From the IMG/VR virus record IMGVR_UViG_3300012665_000403, positions 1 to 27,807 of that record: a DNA stretch of 27,807 nucleotides; one strand, written 5' to 3'. The position numbers and the translations under genes were made by a program. Positions 1 through 8,400 of the stretch are shown piece by piece (position 1 is the stretch's first letter; each line of letters starts with the position of its first letter). The DNA comes from a virus. Lineage: Duplodnaviria; Caudoviricetes. The notes beneath the pieces were generated by a model. It had not been told where the DNA came from. It saw only the letters and a list, made by a program, of their open reading frames with translations, and searched no databases.

Positions 1-441
1 ATCATCCTAGCAATGCCACGTAAGTATCGTGCTATCAAGTCTAACTTGAAGTTCTATGCTGGTACAGATGCATTCCAGGGAATCGTTAAGAACAACGGTA
101 CCCTAGCAGACGCAGTCGCTGAAGCATTTGCTTCACAGGCTGGCGGAACTCCAATGAACCGTCAGGCATACCTTGATGGTGGAGCACAGACATTCGGTGG
201 AGCACGTACAACACGTGTTCTCGGAATTGACGTACAGGAAGTTCCATACTACCCTGCAGGATATGTCGACTTGACATTCCCACAGAACCGTGTATGGGGA
301 TTCCAGCGTGATATCACTGTTAACCGTGAGTACAAGCCAAAGAAGGACACTGTAGAATATACAGTCTTCGTTCGCTTCGGTATTCAATGGGAAGAGCAGG
401 ACGCTATTGCGTTCGCTGATGCAGCATCAGATGCAGCATAA
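1..441 (+). CDS. Major capsid protein, C-terminal fragment (5' end outside window)
   Basis: Frame is open from base 1 (IILAMPRKY...) to TAA at 439-441. 'VLGIDVQEVPYYPAGYVDLTFPQNRVWGFQRDITVNREY...EYTVFVRFGIQWEEQDAIAF' fits the HK97-fold capsid C-terminal pattern. It lies upstream of head-tail genes and is followed by a hairpin. Confidence 0.9.
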   Translation: MILAMPRKYRAIKSNLKFYAGTDAFQGIVKNNGTLADAVAEAFASQAGGTPMNRQAYLDGGAQTFGGARTTRVLGIDVQEVPYYPAGYVDLTFPQNRVWGFQRDITVNREYKPKKDTVEYTVFVRFGIQWEEQDAIAFADAASDAA

Positions 442-459
442 TCTGTAAACAGTAAAACT

Positions 460-495
460 TAGGGGGAGTAGGAGTTAACGCTCCTGCTCCCCTTA
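460..495 (+). terminator. Stem-loop after major capsid gene (probable intrinsic terminator or mRNA stabiliser)
   Basis: TAGGGGGAGTAGGAG (460-474) pairs with CTCCTGCTCCCCTTA (481-495): 15 bp including two G-U pairs, loop TTAACG, followed by a T/A-rich TTACTT tract. Confidence 0.8.
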
Positions 496-505
496 TTACT
501 TATAA

Positions 506-514
506 TGATATAAT
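506..514 (+). promoter_or_regulatory. Extended -10 promoter TGATATAAT
   Basis: TGn-TATAAT at 506-514 (a second TATAAT at 501-506), followed by SD AAGGAGG (521-527) and ATG at 535. Confidence 0.75.
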
Positions 515-534
515 ACTAACAAGGAGGAAATAAA

Positions 535-996
535 ATGGAAAATAATAATAATCCGTTCTCAGAAGAGGCGATGCTGGCACCAGCAGATCCAACAGACTTT
601 GAAAGAGCAGCAGCCGATGCAATTGCAATACAAGCAGCGGAAGCAGAATTACACGTCGAAGAAGCAACTCCAGTTGTAGAAGAGGCTGTAGAAGCAGTAG
701 TCGAAGCACCTGTGTACCAGGCTCCTGAAGAAGTTCAGGCACTTGGATCAGTTGCAGAGGGAGTCATAGGAGCAACAACAGCACCAAAGGCACCTGAGAA
801 GGTTAAGACGCCAAAGACTAGAACTGAAGAAGAAACAGTTGCAGTTAAATCAACAAAGAATGTTTCATGGCCAGGAGTAGGTAAGGTTTATGTTGGAATC
901 AACATTGTAACAAAGAGTGCTGCTGACAAGTGGGTTACTCGTTCACACATCTCACTTCCTACACCAGAAGAAGTTGCTAAGGAATTTGGTAAGTAA
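535..996 (+). CDS. Hypothetical virion-module protein (acidic Ala/Glu-rich N-terminus, compact C-terminal domain)
   Basis: 153-aa ORF with strong SD, located between capsid and head-tail adaptor genes. Function not recognised. Confidence 0.75.
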   Translation: MENNNNPFSEEAMLAPADPTDFERAAADAIAIQAAEAELHVEEATPVVEEAVEAVVEAPVYQAPEEVQALGSVAEGVIGATTAPKAPEKVKTPKTRTEEETVAVKSTKNVSWPGVGKVYVGINIVTKSAADKWVTRSHISLPTPEEVAKEFGK

Positions 997-999
997 TAG

Positions 1000-1920
1000 A
1001 TGGAAATATTGAGAGTTCCGCCATATGATGATATTCTTGTAAACTTTGTTGTCCCATCAGGTTATAACAATGTAGACTTTTATGCAAGAGTAACAGATAT
1101 GGCGGATCTTTCAGTCCAAGAATTAGAATTTTTAGAATGGTCTACAGGAGACAATATCAACATACAACTTCCTGGAAGATATGACAATAACTATAGAGTA
1201 GAGATTTTTACAATTGGCGAGGGTGAAGAAGTAATTCACGAAGAGTTCTATGAACTAATAAGACCATATGTAGACCCAAATACATTAGGAACAACAGCAT
1301 CAGAGATTGCTGAATACACAACATTAGAATTAGTTGCAAGATCAATGATAGACACATTTGTGCCAGAAGGATTTTATAACAAAAAGATAACAATTGTTGG
1401 AAATGGAAATGGTTCAGACTACTTTTCTTTATGGGAAAGAGTTTATAGAGTATTCAAGGTTTATGAAAACAACGTTTTAGTTTATGATAGATCAACTCCA
1501 GACTTAGGAGACTATAAGTATGAAATAACCCCAGACAAGACTGCTATACAAAGAGTTCGTGAGGATGTCCTTGAGTTAAATAGATATGAATCAACAGCAC
1601 AAAACTTGCCAGTTGCAAGTGGAGATCTTGGCTACTATGGATATGAAGGGATCTCTTTCCCGTCAGGGTACGACTACACATTTGTTGTAGATCATGGATA
1701 CATAACAGTACCTGCTGACATTGAGTATGCAGCAAAACTTTTAATTGAAGATCTTAAGTGTGGAAAACTTGATTACTACAAGAGATATATCACAGCCTAT
1801 AACACAGATCAGTTTAGAATACAATTTGACAAGTCAATGCTTAGTGGAACAGGAAACTTTTTAGTAGACAAGATACTTGAAAAATATGTCAAAAATATTG
1901 TCAAGCCAGGGATAATTTAA
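1000..1920 (+). CDS. Putative head-to-tail adaptor/connector protein
   Basis: 306 aa. 'GYITVPADIEYAAKLLIEDL' and the terminal 'VDKILEKY' resemble SPP1 gp15/HK97 gp6-type adaptors. Position after capsid gene fits. Confidence 0.7.
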   Translation: MEILRVPPYDDILVNFVVPSGYNNVDFYARVTDMADLSVQELEFLEWSTGDNINIQLPGRYDNNYRVEIFTIGEGEEVIHEEFYELIRPYVDPNTLGTTASEIAEYTTLELVARSMIDTFVPEGFYNKKITIVGNGNGSDYFSLWERVYRVFKVYENNVLVYDRSTPDLGDYKYEITPDKTAIQRVREDVLELNRYESTAQNLPVASGDLGYYGYEGISFPSGYDYTFVVDHGYITVPADIEYAAKLLIEDLKCGKLDYYKRYITAYNTDQFRIQFDKSMLSGTGNFLVDKILEKYVKNIVKPGII

Positions 1921-2366
1921 TGATATGCGAGACACCAGACTTTACGTTCCCAATGCTTGCAGACGTTTATCATCCAGTAGTTGAGCAAGGAGTTTACGGT
2001 AACGTAGAAAAGACTTGGATTCTTGACAGAACAGTTGCTTGTTCTTTTGCCTCAGCAGGTGGAGCATTTAAAGAAGAAATAACTCCTAACGTAAACATTA
2101 CCCAAGATAAGATGTTGATTGGTAGAGTAAAGACAGACATCAGAATGTCAAGTCTTGAAGCAAGGAACTCAATTACAAATGTTATCATTACTAATATTAG
2201 AGATCAAAACTGCAATGAGGTATACCTAGAAACATCTGGCCCACGTGCAGGAAAGTCCACTATTTTTGAAGTTGCAACACAAGATCCTTTCGTAGGCCCA
2301 TTTGGTTCAACAGAGTACTATAAGTTAATCATACGAAGATCTGAAAACCAGGCGGTAGACGTATGA
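1920..2366 (+). CDS. Putative head closure/stopper protein
   Basis: 148 aa, beta-rich. TAATG stop/start overlap with the adaptor gene. Call rests mostly on synteny. Confidence 0.55.
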   Translation: MICETPDFTFPMLADVYHPVVEQGVYGNVEKTWILDRTVACSFASAGGAFKEEITPNVNITQDKMLIGRVKTDIRMSSLEARNSITNVIITNIRDQNCNEVYLETSGPRAGKSTIFEVATQDPFVGPFGSTEYYKLIIRRSENQAVDV

Positions 2367-3037
2367 TTAAGGTAAAATTTAACAATAGACAGTTTAATAA
2401 AGACATGAAGAACATTATCGATTACTCAACTGGCTTTGCTGAAGGAATACAAAAAGGTAAGAAAGATTTTCTAAACAACTTAGGTATTGACGTATCGGAA
2501 ATAGCATCACAGTTTATTGATACAAATGCCAGAGTATCTCCAGATACACTACACCACGTATACGAATGGTATCAAAACGGTAGCCCAGAAGCAAGACTAT
2601 TTGACATACAATACACAGTTAGTAATATAGGACTTTCTTTTATATCAAACTTTAAACAATCTAACTCAGTTAAAGAAGGATCTAATGAGCCGTTTCGTGA
2701 CAAGGCTGTCATTATGGAAAATGGAACACCTGTCGTAATAAGACCACGCAATGCAGAGGCTTTAAGGTTTGAAGTTGACGGGCAAGTAGTTTATACAAAG
2801 AAGCCAGTTGTTGTTCAAAATCCAGGAGGTAACACTCAGGGTGAGTTTGAAAAAGCATTTGATATGTTCTTTAGTAGATACTTCACTCAAGCATTTTTAA
2901 ATAGTGGTAATCTTAGACAGTACTTTGAGAACCCATCAGTGTACAAGAAAAACTTAGGAAAGGGAAAGCGTGGCGGAAGATCAACTGGTATTTCTACAGG
3001 ATATCGTTGGGTTGCTAATGCTTCGGTGGCATCATAA
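2363..3037 (+). CDS. Putative neck/tail-completion protein (HK97 gp10-like position)
   Basis: 224 aa, basic. 'AVIMENGTPVVIRPRNAEALRFEVDGQVVYTKKPVVVQNPGG' resembles the E.GT...I.P....L.F motif of neck proteins. ATGA overlap with the upstream gene. Confidence 0.6.
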   Translation: MIKVKFNNRQFNKDMKNIIDYSTGFAEGIQKGKKDFLNNLGIDVSEIASQFIDTNARVSPDTLHHVYEWYQNGSPEARLFDIQYTVSNIGLSFISNFKQSNSVKEGSNEPFRDKAVIMENGTPVVIRPRNAEALRFEVDGQVVYTKKPVVVQNPGGNTQGEFEKAFDMFFSRYFTQAFLNSGNLRQYFENPSVYKKNLGKGKRGGRSTGISTGYRWVANASVAS

Positions 3038-3630
3038 TGGAAGAGCCAACATCAACACTTAACACTCCTGTATTATGGATTAACAAATATCTTCAAGAAA
3101 AGATTGTTGAACTAACTACGCTAGACAGTGTTCCATTTTTCCCTACTGGGCCATCAACACTGGAGACTCTTCAAACTCAGTTTCCAGAAGGTGGAACAAT
3201 GGCAGTTTATGACAGGATGTTTAGAATGCGTAGAGGGGCATTCCCTCACATAAAATGTGAGCAAGTATTATATTATTTTTACTATACAGCAGATAATAAT
3301 ATAACAAATATGATAAGAGTTCAAGAGGCAGTATTGAGACTTATGGATCGTGGAGACGAAAGCGCAGAAGATATTAATGCTTGGGCAAAGGGTAAAACCT
3401 TTGACGGTATGACCTGTCAGTTCTATTTTCACAACTTTAAGATATACCAACTAGAAGAGGCACGAGATATAGTCGATTTTGGAACAGCCCGAACCTATGC
3501 GGGTAACAAAATAATTATTGACTATGACTACCATCAATCATCAAATAGGTACGCTGAGACAAACGCTTCCACAGCAGGAAGACCAAGATATAACAAAGAG
3601 GTAGTTGCAGAAGAGGGAATTCTTCCTTAA
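3037..3630 (+). CDS. Putative tail terminator protein
   Basis: 197 aa, immediately upstream of the tail tube gene, with TAATG coupling to the previous gene. Call is by synteny. Confidence 0.55.
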   Translation: MEEPTSTLNTPVLWINKYLQEKIVELTTLDSVPFFPTGPSTLETLQTQFPEGGTMAVYDRMFRMRRGAFPHIKCEQVLYYFYYTADNNITNMIRVQEAVLRLMDRGDESAEDINAWAKGKTFDGMTCQFYFHNFKIYQLEEARDIVDFGTARTYAGNKIIIDYDYHQSSNRYAETNASTAGRPRYNKEVVAEEGILP

Positions 3631-3640
3631 AAAAGGGCTG

Positions 3641-3646
3641 TATAAT
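3641..3646 (+). promoter_or_regulatory. -10 element TATAAT upstream of tail tube gene
   Basis: Perfect TATAAT in the 71-nt intergenic region, SD GAGGTG at 3689-3694, ATG at 3702. It is flanked by a 9-bp inverted repeat. Confidence 0.6.
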
Positions 3647-3701
3647 TAAGATGAGGAAACAAGCCCTTTTAATCCAAAAGAAAACAAAGAGGTGAAAAAA
3701 T

Positions 3702-4352
3702 ATGGCATATACACGTGGTAGTTCAAACGATATTATCGTTGGAGCAGCAGCACTTTTCACATATGAAAATGGCGCACTCACAGATGCAGACCTTCCAGGT
3801 TACGTAGCAGGAGAGTCTTATAAGGATACCCTTACAGACGAAACACCAGCATTCCGTAACGTTGGATACACAATGAATGGTTTGGAAATTCAATTCCAAC
3901 CAGATTTTGGTGAAGTAGCAGTAGACCAGGTTCTTGACGTTGCTAAGTTGTTTAAGCAAGGCATGCAGGTAAACCTAAATACTACATTCGCAGAATCAAC
4001 ACTAGAAAATCTTCTATTCGCAATTGCAGGCAAGGGCGGAGTAGGCGGAGATCTAGGATCACTAACAGGAACTGGTATTGGTGCAGGTTCAGCAGAACTT
4101 AACCTTTCAGCAGGCGATATTGGAGATGTTCCAGTAGAGCGTGGTTTGGTTGCAGTAGGACCAGGAACTGGAGACGCATCAGCAAATGTTGAGCGTGTCT
4201 ACGTTGCATATCGTGCACTTTCAATCGAAAGCGTATCAGTATCAGCAAAGCGTGACGAAGCGACAATGTTCGAAGTATCATTCCGTCTTCTTCCAAATGA
4301 CAATGCATCATACGGTAAGATCGTAGATCGCACTGTCCCAGCAGGCGCATAA
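3702..4352 (+). CDS. Major tail (tube) protein
   Basis: 216 aa. 'NVGYTMNGLEIQFQPDFGEVAVDQVLD...TTFAESTLENLLFAIAG...KRDEATMFEVSFRLLP' fits the siphovirus tail tube pattern. It lies upstream of chaperones and TMP and is followed by a hairpin. Confidence 0.9.
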   Translation: MAYTRGSSNDIIVGAAALFTYENGALTDADLPGYVAGESYKDTLTDETPAFRNVGYTMNGLEIQFQPDFGEVAVDQVLDVAKLFKQGMQVNLNTTFAESTLENLLFAIAGKGGVGGDLGSLTGTGIGAGSAELNLSAGDIGDVPVERGLVAVGPGTGDASANVERVYVAYRALSIESVSVSAKRDEATMFEVSFRLLPNDNASYGKIVDRTVPAGA

Positions 4353-4366
4353 TACAACTTAATATA

Positions 4367-4408
4367 AACAGTTTGGCCCAGATCCTAAAAAGTCTGGGCC
4401 TTTCTGTT
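4367..4408 (+). terminator. Stem-loop after tail tube gene (probable terminator)
   Basis: GGCCCAGA (4375-4382) / TCTGGGCC (4393-4400) form a perfect 8-bp stem followed by TTTCTGTT. An outer AACAG/CTGTT pairing is also possible. Confidence 0.75.
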
Positions 4409-4413
4409 ATACT
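4405..4413 (+). promoter_or_regulatory. Extended -10 promoter TGTTATACT, positioned for a leaderless mRNA
   Basis: TGn-TATACT ends 6 nt before ATG 4420, and no SD is present. Confidence 0.7.
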
Positions 4414-4419
4414 ATATAT

Positions 4420-5103
4420 ATGGCAACAACTGTTTACAATACAAAAAATATTACTCTGCAAGATGGGGTAGAGATAGAACTTTCCCCACTTAAAATAAAA
4501 TATCTTAGACAGTTAATGGACAACTTTGATGAGGTTAGGAATGCACAAGGAGATCTTGAAGCAATCGTAGCACTATCAAAGTGTGCAAGGATATGTATGA
4601 AACAGTTTAGGCCAGAGATTACTGAAACTCAAGAGATGTTAGAAGAGTATGTCAGCCTACAAGACATATACGATATTTTAGATATTACTGCTGGGATTAA
4701 GATTAATGAAAAATCAGAAGAGCCAGTAAAAAAACAAGCAGTGGATAGTGGTTCTTCTTGGGAAGAACTTGATCTTGCAAAGTTAGAGTCTGAAGTATTT
4801 TTATTGGGCATATGGAAAGACTACGAAGAGTTGGAGAGATCCTTATCTATGCCAGAATTAATGATAACTTTGTCTATCAGCAGAGAATTAAACTACGATG
4901 AAAAGAAATTCCTTGCAGCAATGCAGGGGGTCGACCTAGACAAAAATGCTGGAAAAAGCAATGCCTGGGAAGAAATGAAAGCCAGAGTTTTTAGTGAGGG
5001 CAGAGCAGCCAATGCTAGAGATATAGTTGCACTACAGGGAATAGGTGCACAGAAGGCTGGGTTTGGAATCGGCATGGGCTTATCTTATGAGAAAATAGAC
5101 TAA
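4420..5103 (+). CDS. Tail assembly chaperone, long form (gpG-like + gpT-like domains fused in frame)
   Basis: 227 aa between tail tube and TMP. The N-terminal ~96 aa are homologous to the next ORF. The C-terminal 'LLGIWKDYEELERSLSMPEL' domain resembles gpT-type regions. Confidence 0.75.
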   Translation: MATTVYNTKNITLQDGVEIELSPLKIKYLRQLMDNFDEVRNAQGDLEAIVALSKCARICMKQFRPEITETQEMLEEYVSLQDIYDILDITAGIKINEKSEEPVKKQAVDSGSSWEELDLAKLESEVFLLGIWKDYEELERSLSMPELMITLSISRELNYDEKKFLAAMQGVDLDKNAGKSNAWEEMKARVFSEGRAANARDIVALQGIGAQKAGFGIGMGLSYEKID

Positions 5104-5119
5104 AAAATAAGCCTGTTTA

Positions 5120-5128
5120 TGGTATAAT
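5120..5128 (+). promoter_or_regulatory. Extended -10 promoter TGGTATAAT
   Basis: Consensus TGn-TATAAT in the intergenic region, followed by SD GGAGG (5143-5147) and ATG 5153. Confidence 0.75.
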
Positions 5129-5152
5129 TAAACAACTACAATGGAGGAAATC

Positions 5153-5476
5153 ATGGTTAAAGAAGTAGAAAGCAAGAATCAACTGTCACTTATTGACGGA
5201 ACAAAGTTTGAGATTAAGCCACTAAAAATATCTCTACTTAAGCCTTTTATGGAACATTTTACAAAACTGCAAGAAGTTGCAGATGACAACAGCAAGTCAA
5301 TGGATGTCTTGATTGACTGTGTTCAAATTGCATTTAAACAATACTTGCCTGCAATTGCAGACAATAGAGAGGCGATTGAGGAAAATTTAGATCTTCCTAC
5401 AGTCTACAAGATCATTGATGCTGCTTCAGGAATGCAACTTTCTGACTCAACAGGTCTTCTAAACTCAATCAAGTAA
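5153..5476 (+). CDS. Tail assembly chaperone, short form (gpG-like paralog)
   Basis: 107 aa from ATG 5153, which has a GGAGG SD 5 nt upstream (the ORF track starts at 5141). By manual alignment it is ~30% identical to the N-terminus of 4420..5103. It lies directly before the TMP. Confidence 0.75.
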   Translation: MVKEVESKNQLSLIDGTKFEIKPLKISLLKPFMEHFTKLQEVADDNSKSMDVLIDCVQIAFKQYLPAIADNREAIEENLDLPTVYKIIDAASGMQLSDSTGLLNSIK

Positions 5477-5489
5477 AGAGGTGTGCTGA

Positions 5490-8400
5490 TTGGCTGACGT
5501 AAATGCAAATATTGGTATTAATTTTGATACCAGTCAAGCCTTAGCACAATTACGTCAGTTACAGGCTGGACTCAGCCGTTTTAATCAAACCCTAACTCAG
5601 GGTAACGTTGCAGCAATGAATGCCCAGAAGGGCCTTAATAGCCAATTAATGCAGGCTATTAATGCTACTGGAAAATTTGTTGCAACTCAAAAAGATGTAG
5701 CATCAAGTACATCATCTTTTACGCAGGCACTTGAAAAAAATGAAATGTCAATGCGACAGTACTTTAGGTACACCGCAGCAGCAGCCACTCAAAATACCAA
5801 GGTATTTAAAGGTATGTTTGCACAAGAGCGTGAGACATTAACACGTGCTAGTAAAGATAGAGTAAAACTTCTACAGTCTCAGTATATCCAGATGCAGTCT
5901 GCAAATGGGGATATGATCAAGACTCTTCAGGTTGTTCCAAAGCACCTAAAGATGGTCAATGGGCAGTACGCAGACTATGCAACACGCATGCAAATGGCTG
6001 CACAAAGACAGCAGTTTTTAAATAAACTATTAAGCCAAGGCTCAACGCAACTCCTGAATTTCGGTAAGAATACTCAGTGGGCTGGTCGCCAGTTGATGGT
6101 TGGTTTAACTATTCCGCTTACAATTCTAGGTTCAACTGCAGCAAAGACATTCATGGAAATGGAGCAGGCAATAACAAAGTTCTCCAGAGTATATGGAGAT
6201 ATGATGACAAACTCAGATGCAACTGACAAGGCTATCGCAGATATCCAAAGACTTGGAAAAGAGTTTACAAAGTACGGAATTGCAGTAAAAGATACAGTAG
6301 AAATGGCTGGCTCTGCAGCAGCAATGGGTCTTGTTGGAGATGCACTTAATGCTCAAGTAATACAGGCAACAAGACTTGCAGTTCTTGGACAGGTAGAACA
6401 GCAGCAAGCATTAGAGACAACAATTTCCCTTACAAATGCTTTTGGAATTGCGACTGAAGATCTAGCAAAAAAGATTAACTTTCTTAACGCAGTAGAAAAC
6501 CAAACTGTTCTTTCTATTGAAGATTTAACTATTGCTGTTCCAAAGGCTGGACCAGTTGTAAAGCAACTTGGTGGATCTGTAGAAGACCTTGCATTCTTTA
6601 TGACTGCAATGAAGGAAGGTGGAATTAACGCATCAGAAGGTGCTAACGCACTTAAGTCTGGTCTTGCTTCTATGATTAATCCTTCAAAGAAGGCTAGCGA
6701 ATTCCTTGCTAATCTTGGAATAAATATTAAAGGAATTGTTGAAGCAAACCAGGGAGACCTAAAGGGAACTGTAGTAGGATTTGCAAGAGCACTTGACACA
6801 CTAGATCCACTTAACCGTGCAAGAGCAATTGAACAACTATTTGGTAAGTTCCAGTTTGCTCGTTTATCTACATTGTTCCAAAACGTTACAAAAGATTCTT
6901 CACAGGCTGCACGAGCACTTGGACTTGCTGGAGCATCAGTCGAAGAATTAGCAATCCTATCTGAGCGAGAACTCGGCAAGGTTGAAGATATGACTGGTAA
7001 TAAGTTTAAGAAGTCTATGGAAAACATTAAACTTCAACTTGTTCCAATAGGCAAAGCATTCTTAGAAGCAGTAACCCCTATAGTTAGTTTTGTTGGAAGA
7101 ATCCTAGAAAAATTTAATACTTTAAGTGATGGAACTAAAAAAGTTATAACAGTTCTTGTTGGAGTTATTGGAGGGCTTGCTCCAGTTCTATTAATGACAT
7201 TTGGTGTTTTGATGAACTTTGTTGCAAATGGTATCAAGTTGTTTGCAAAACTTCGTGGTGGAGTTGCTCAACTTAATGGTTCAAACAATGTTCTTGGTGG
7301 AGGGTTTGAGTATTTAACTAATCAGCAGATTGAGAATCTTGCACAGTCCAATGCTCTTCATACATCGCATAGAGAGTTGATATCTACATTTAATGTTGAG
7401 GCAGCATCAGTGCAAGCGTTAGCAGCAGCATATGGAAATGCAGCAAGTCAAGCAAGAGCACTTGCTCAATCATCTCCAGGACTATTCAACACAGTTCCAG
7501 GCCCAGCAGGAGCAGTAGCAGGACTACCCCCTACAAAGTTTGCAACAGGTGGAGTCGTTCCAGGTACAGGAAATAAAGATACTGTTCCAGCACTATTAAC
7601 TCCTGGTGAAGTTGTTATTACAAAGGATACTGCAAAGGCAAACCCAGAACTTGTTGCTGCACTTCAAAATGGATCTGTAAAGAGATACCATGAGGGCACT
7701 GGGCCTCATAAGCATCATGGAAAAACTCCACAAGACTTACAAGAATTAGTTGATAGCCTCTCAGAAAGACGAGGAATCAATATATCAGACCAACCAACAA
7801 GCGGAGCAGTCCAAGGTGGAACGTTTAAAGATGCATCATACTCTATAGATGCAATGATGGCTCCAGGAAACAACGCTTCTGGACCAGGAATGGACATGAA
7901 GTGGTTGGCAGAATCATCTGAAGCAACAGCATCTATTGTTTCTGCACTAAAGGTTGGACAAATGAGAGTGGAAGGAGTAACCGTAGACCAGGAGCACTAC
8001 TCTGAATTCTGGTCTGACCTAACTCCAGAACTAGATGAGATTGCAGGAATTTTTCAATCAATAGCAGCAACATCAAAGACTGCTGATGAGGCTGGCAAAA
8101 AAGCCTATCCTGAAATTGCAAAAAGAATTAAAGAGATGGAAGAGAGCGGAAGACTTTCTGCAGAAGATGCTGCAAAATTACAAGTAAGAACTAGAGCATT
8201 GTTAGACCCAACAGAAGAAGACAGACCAGCATCAAGAAACAGAAGATACGAAATAGCAGTAGATCCTGATACAGGAGAAGAAAGAGTAAAGAAAAGAAGT
8301 TGGGATGGAAGAGCAACAGAAAGTGGTCCATCCTATGATCCAAAGCCATTTGAAAGAGGATATCAATATGAACTTGAACAGAGTGGAATGGAAAAGCCAT

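Noticed and set aside
418-440. Short tandem duplication GATGCAGCATCA-GATGCAGCATA at the capsid 3' end
   Set aside because: Only two copies, encoding DAAS-DAA in a low-complexity tail. No evidence of function.
5141-5152. ORF-track starts at 5141, 23440 and 23966
   Set aside because: Downstream in-frame ATGs (5153, 23491, 24047) have better-placed SD sequences and reduce overlaps. ATG 5153 also aligns with Met1 of the paralog.
5080-5160. Classical -1 frameshift joining the two chaperone ORFs
   Set aside because: The ORFs are separated by a stop, a promoter-like element and a new SD. The second ORF is a paralog of the first's N-terminus rather than a T extension.
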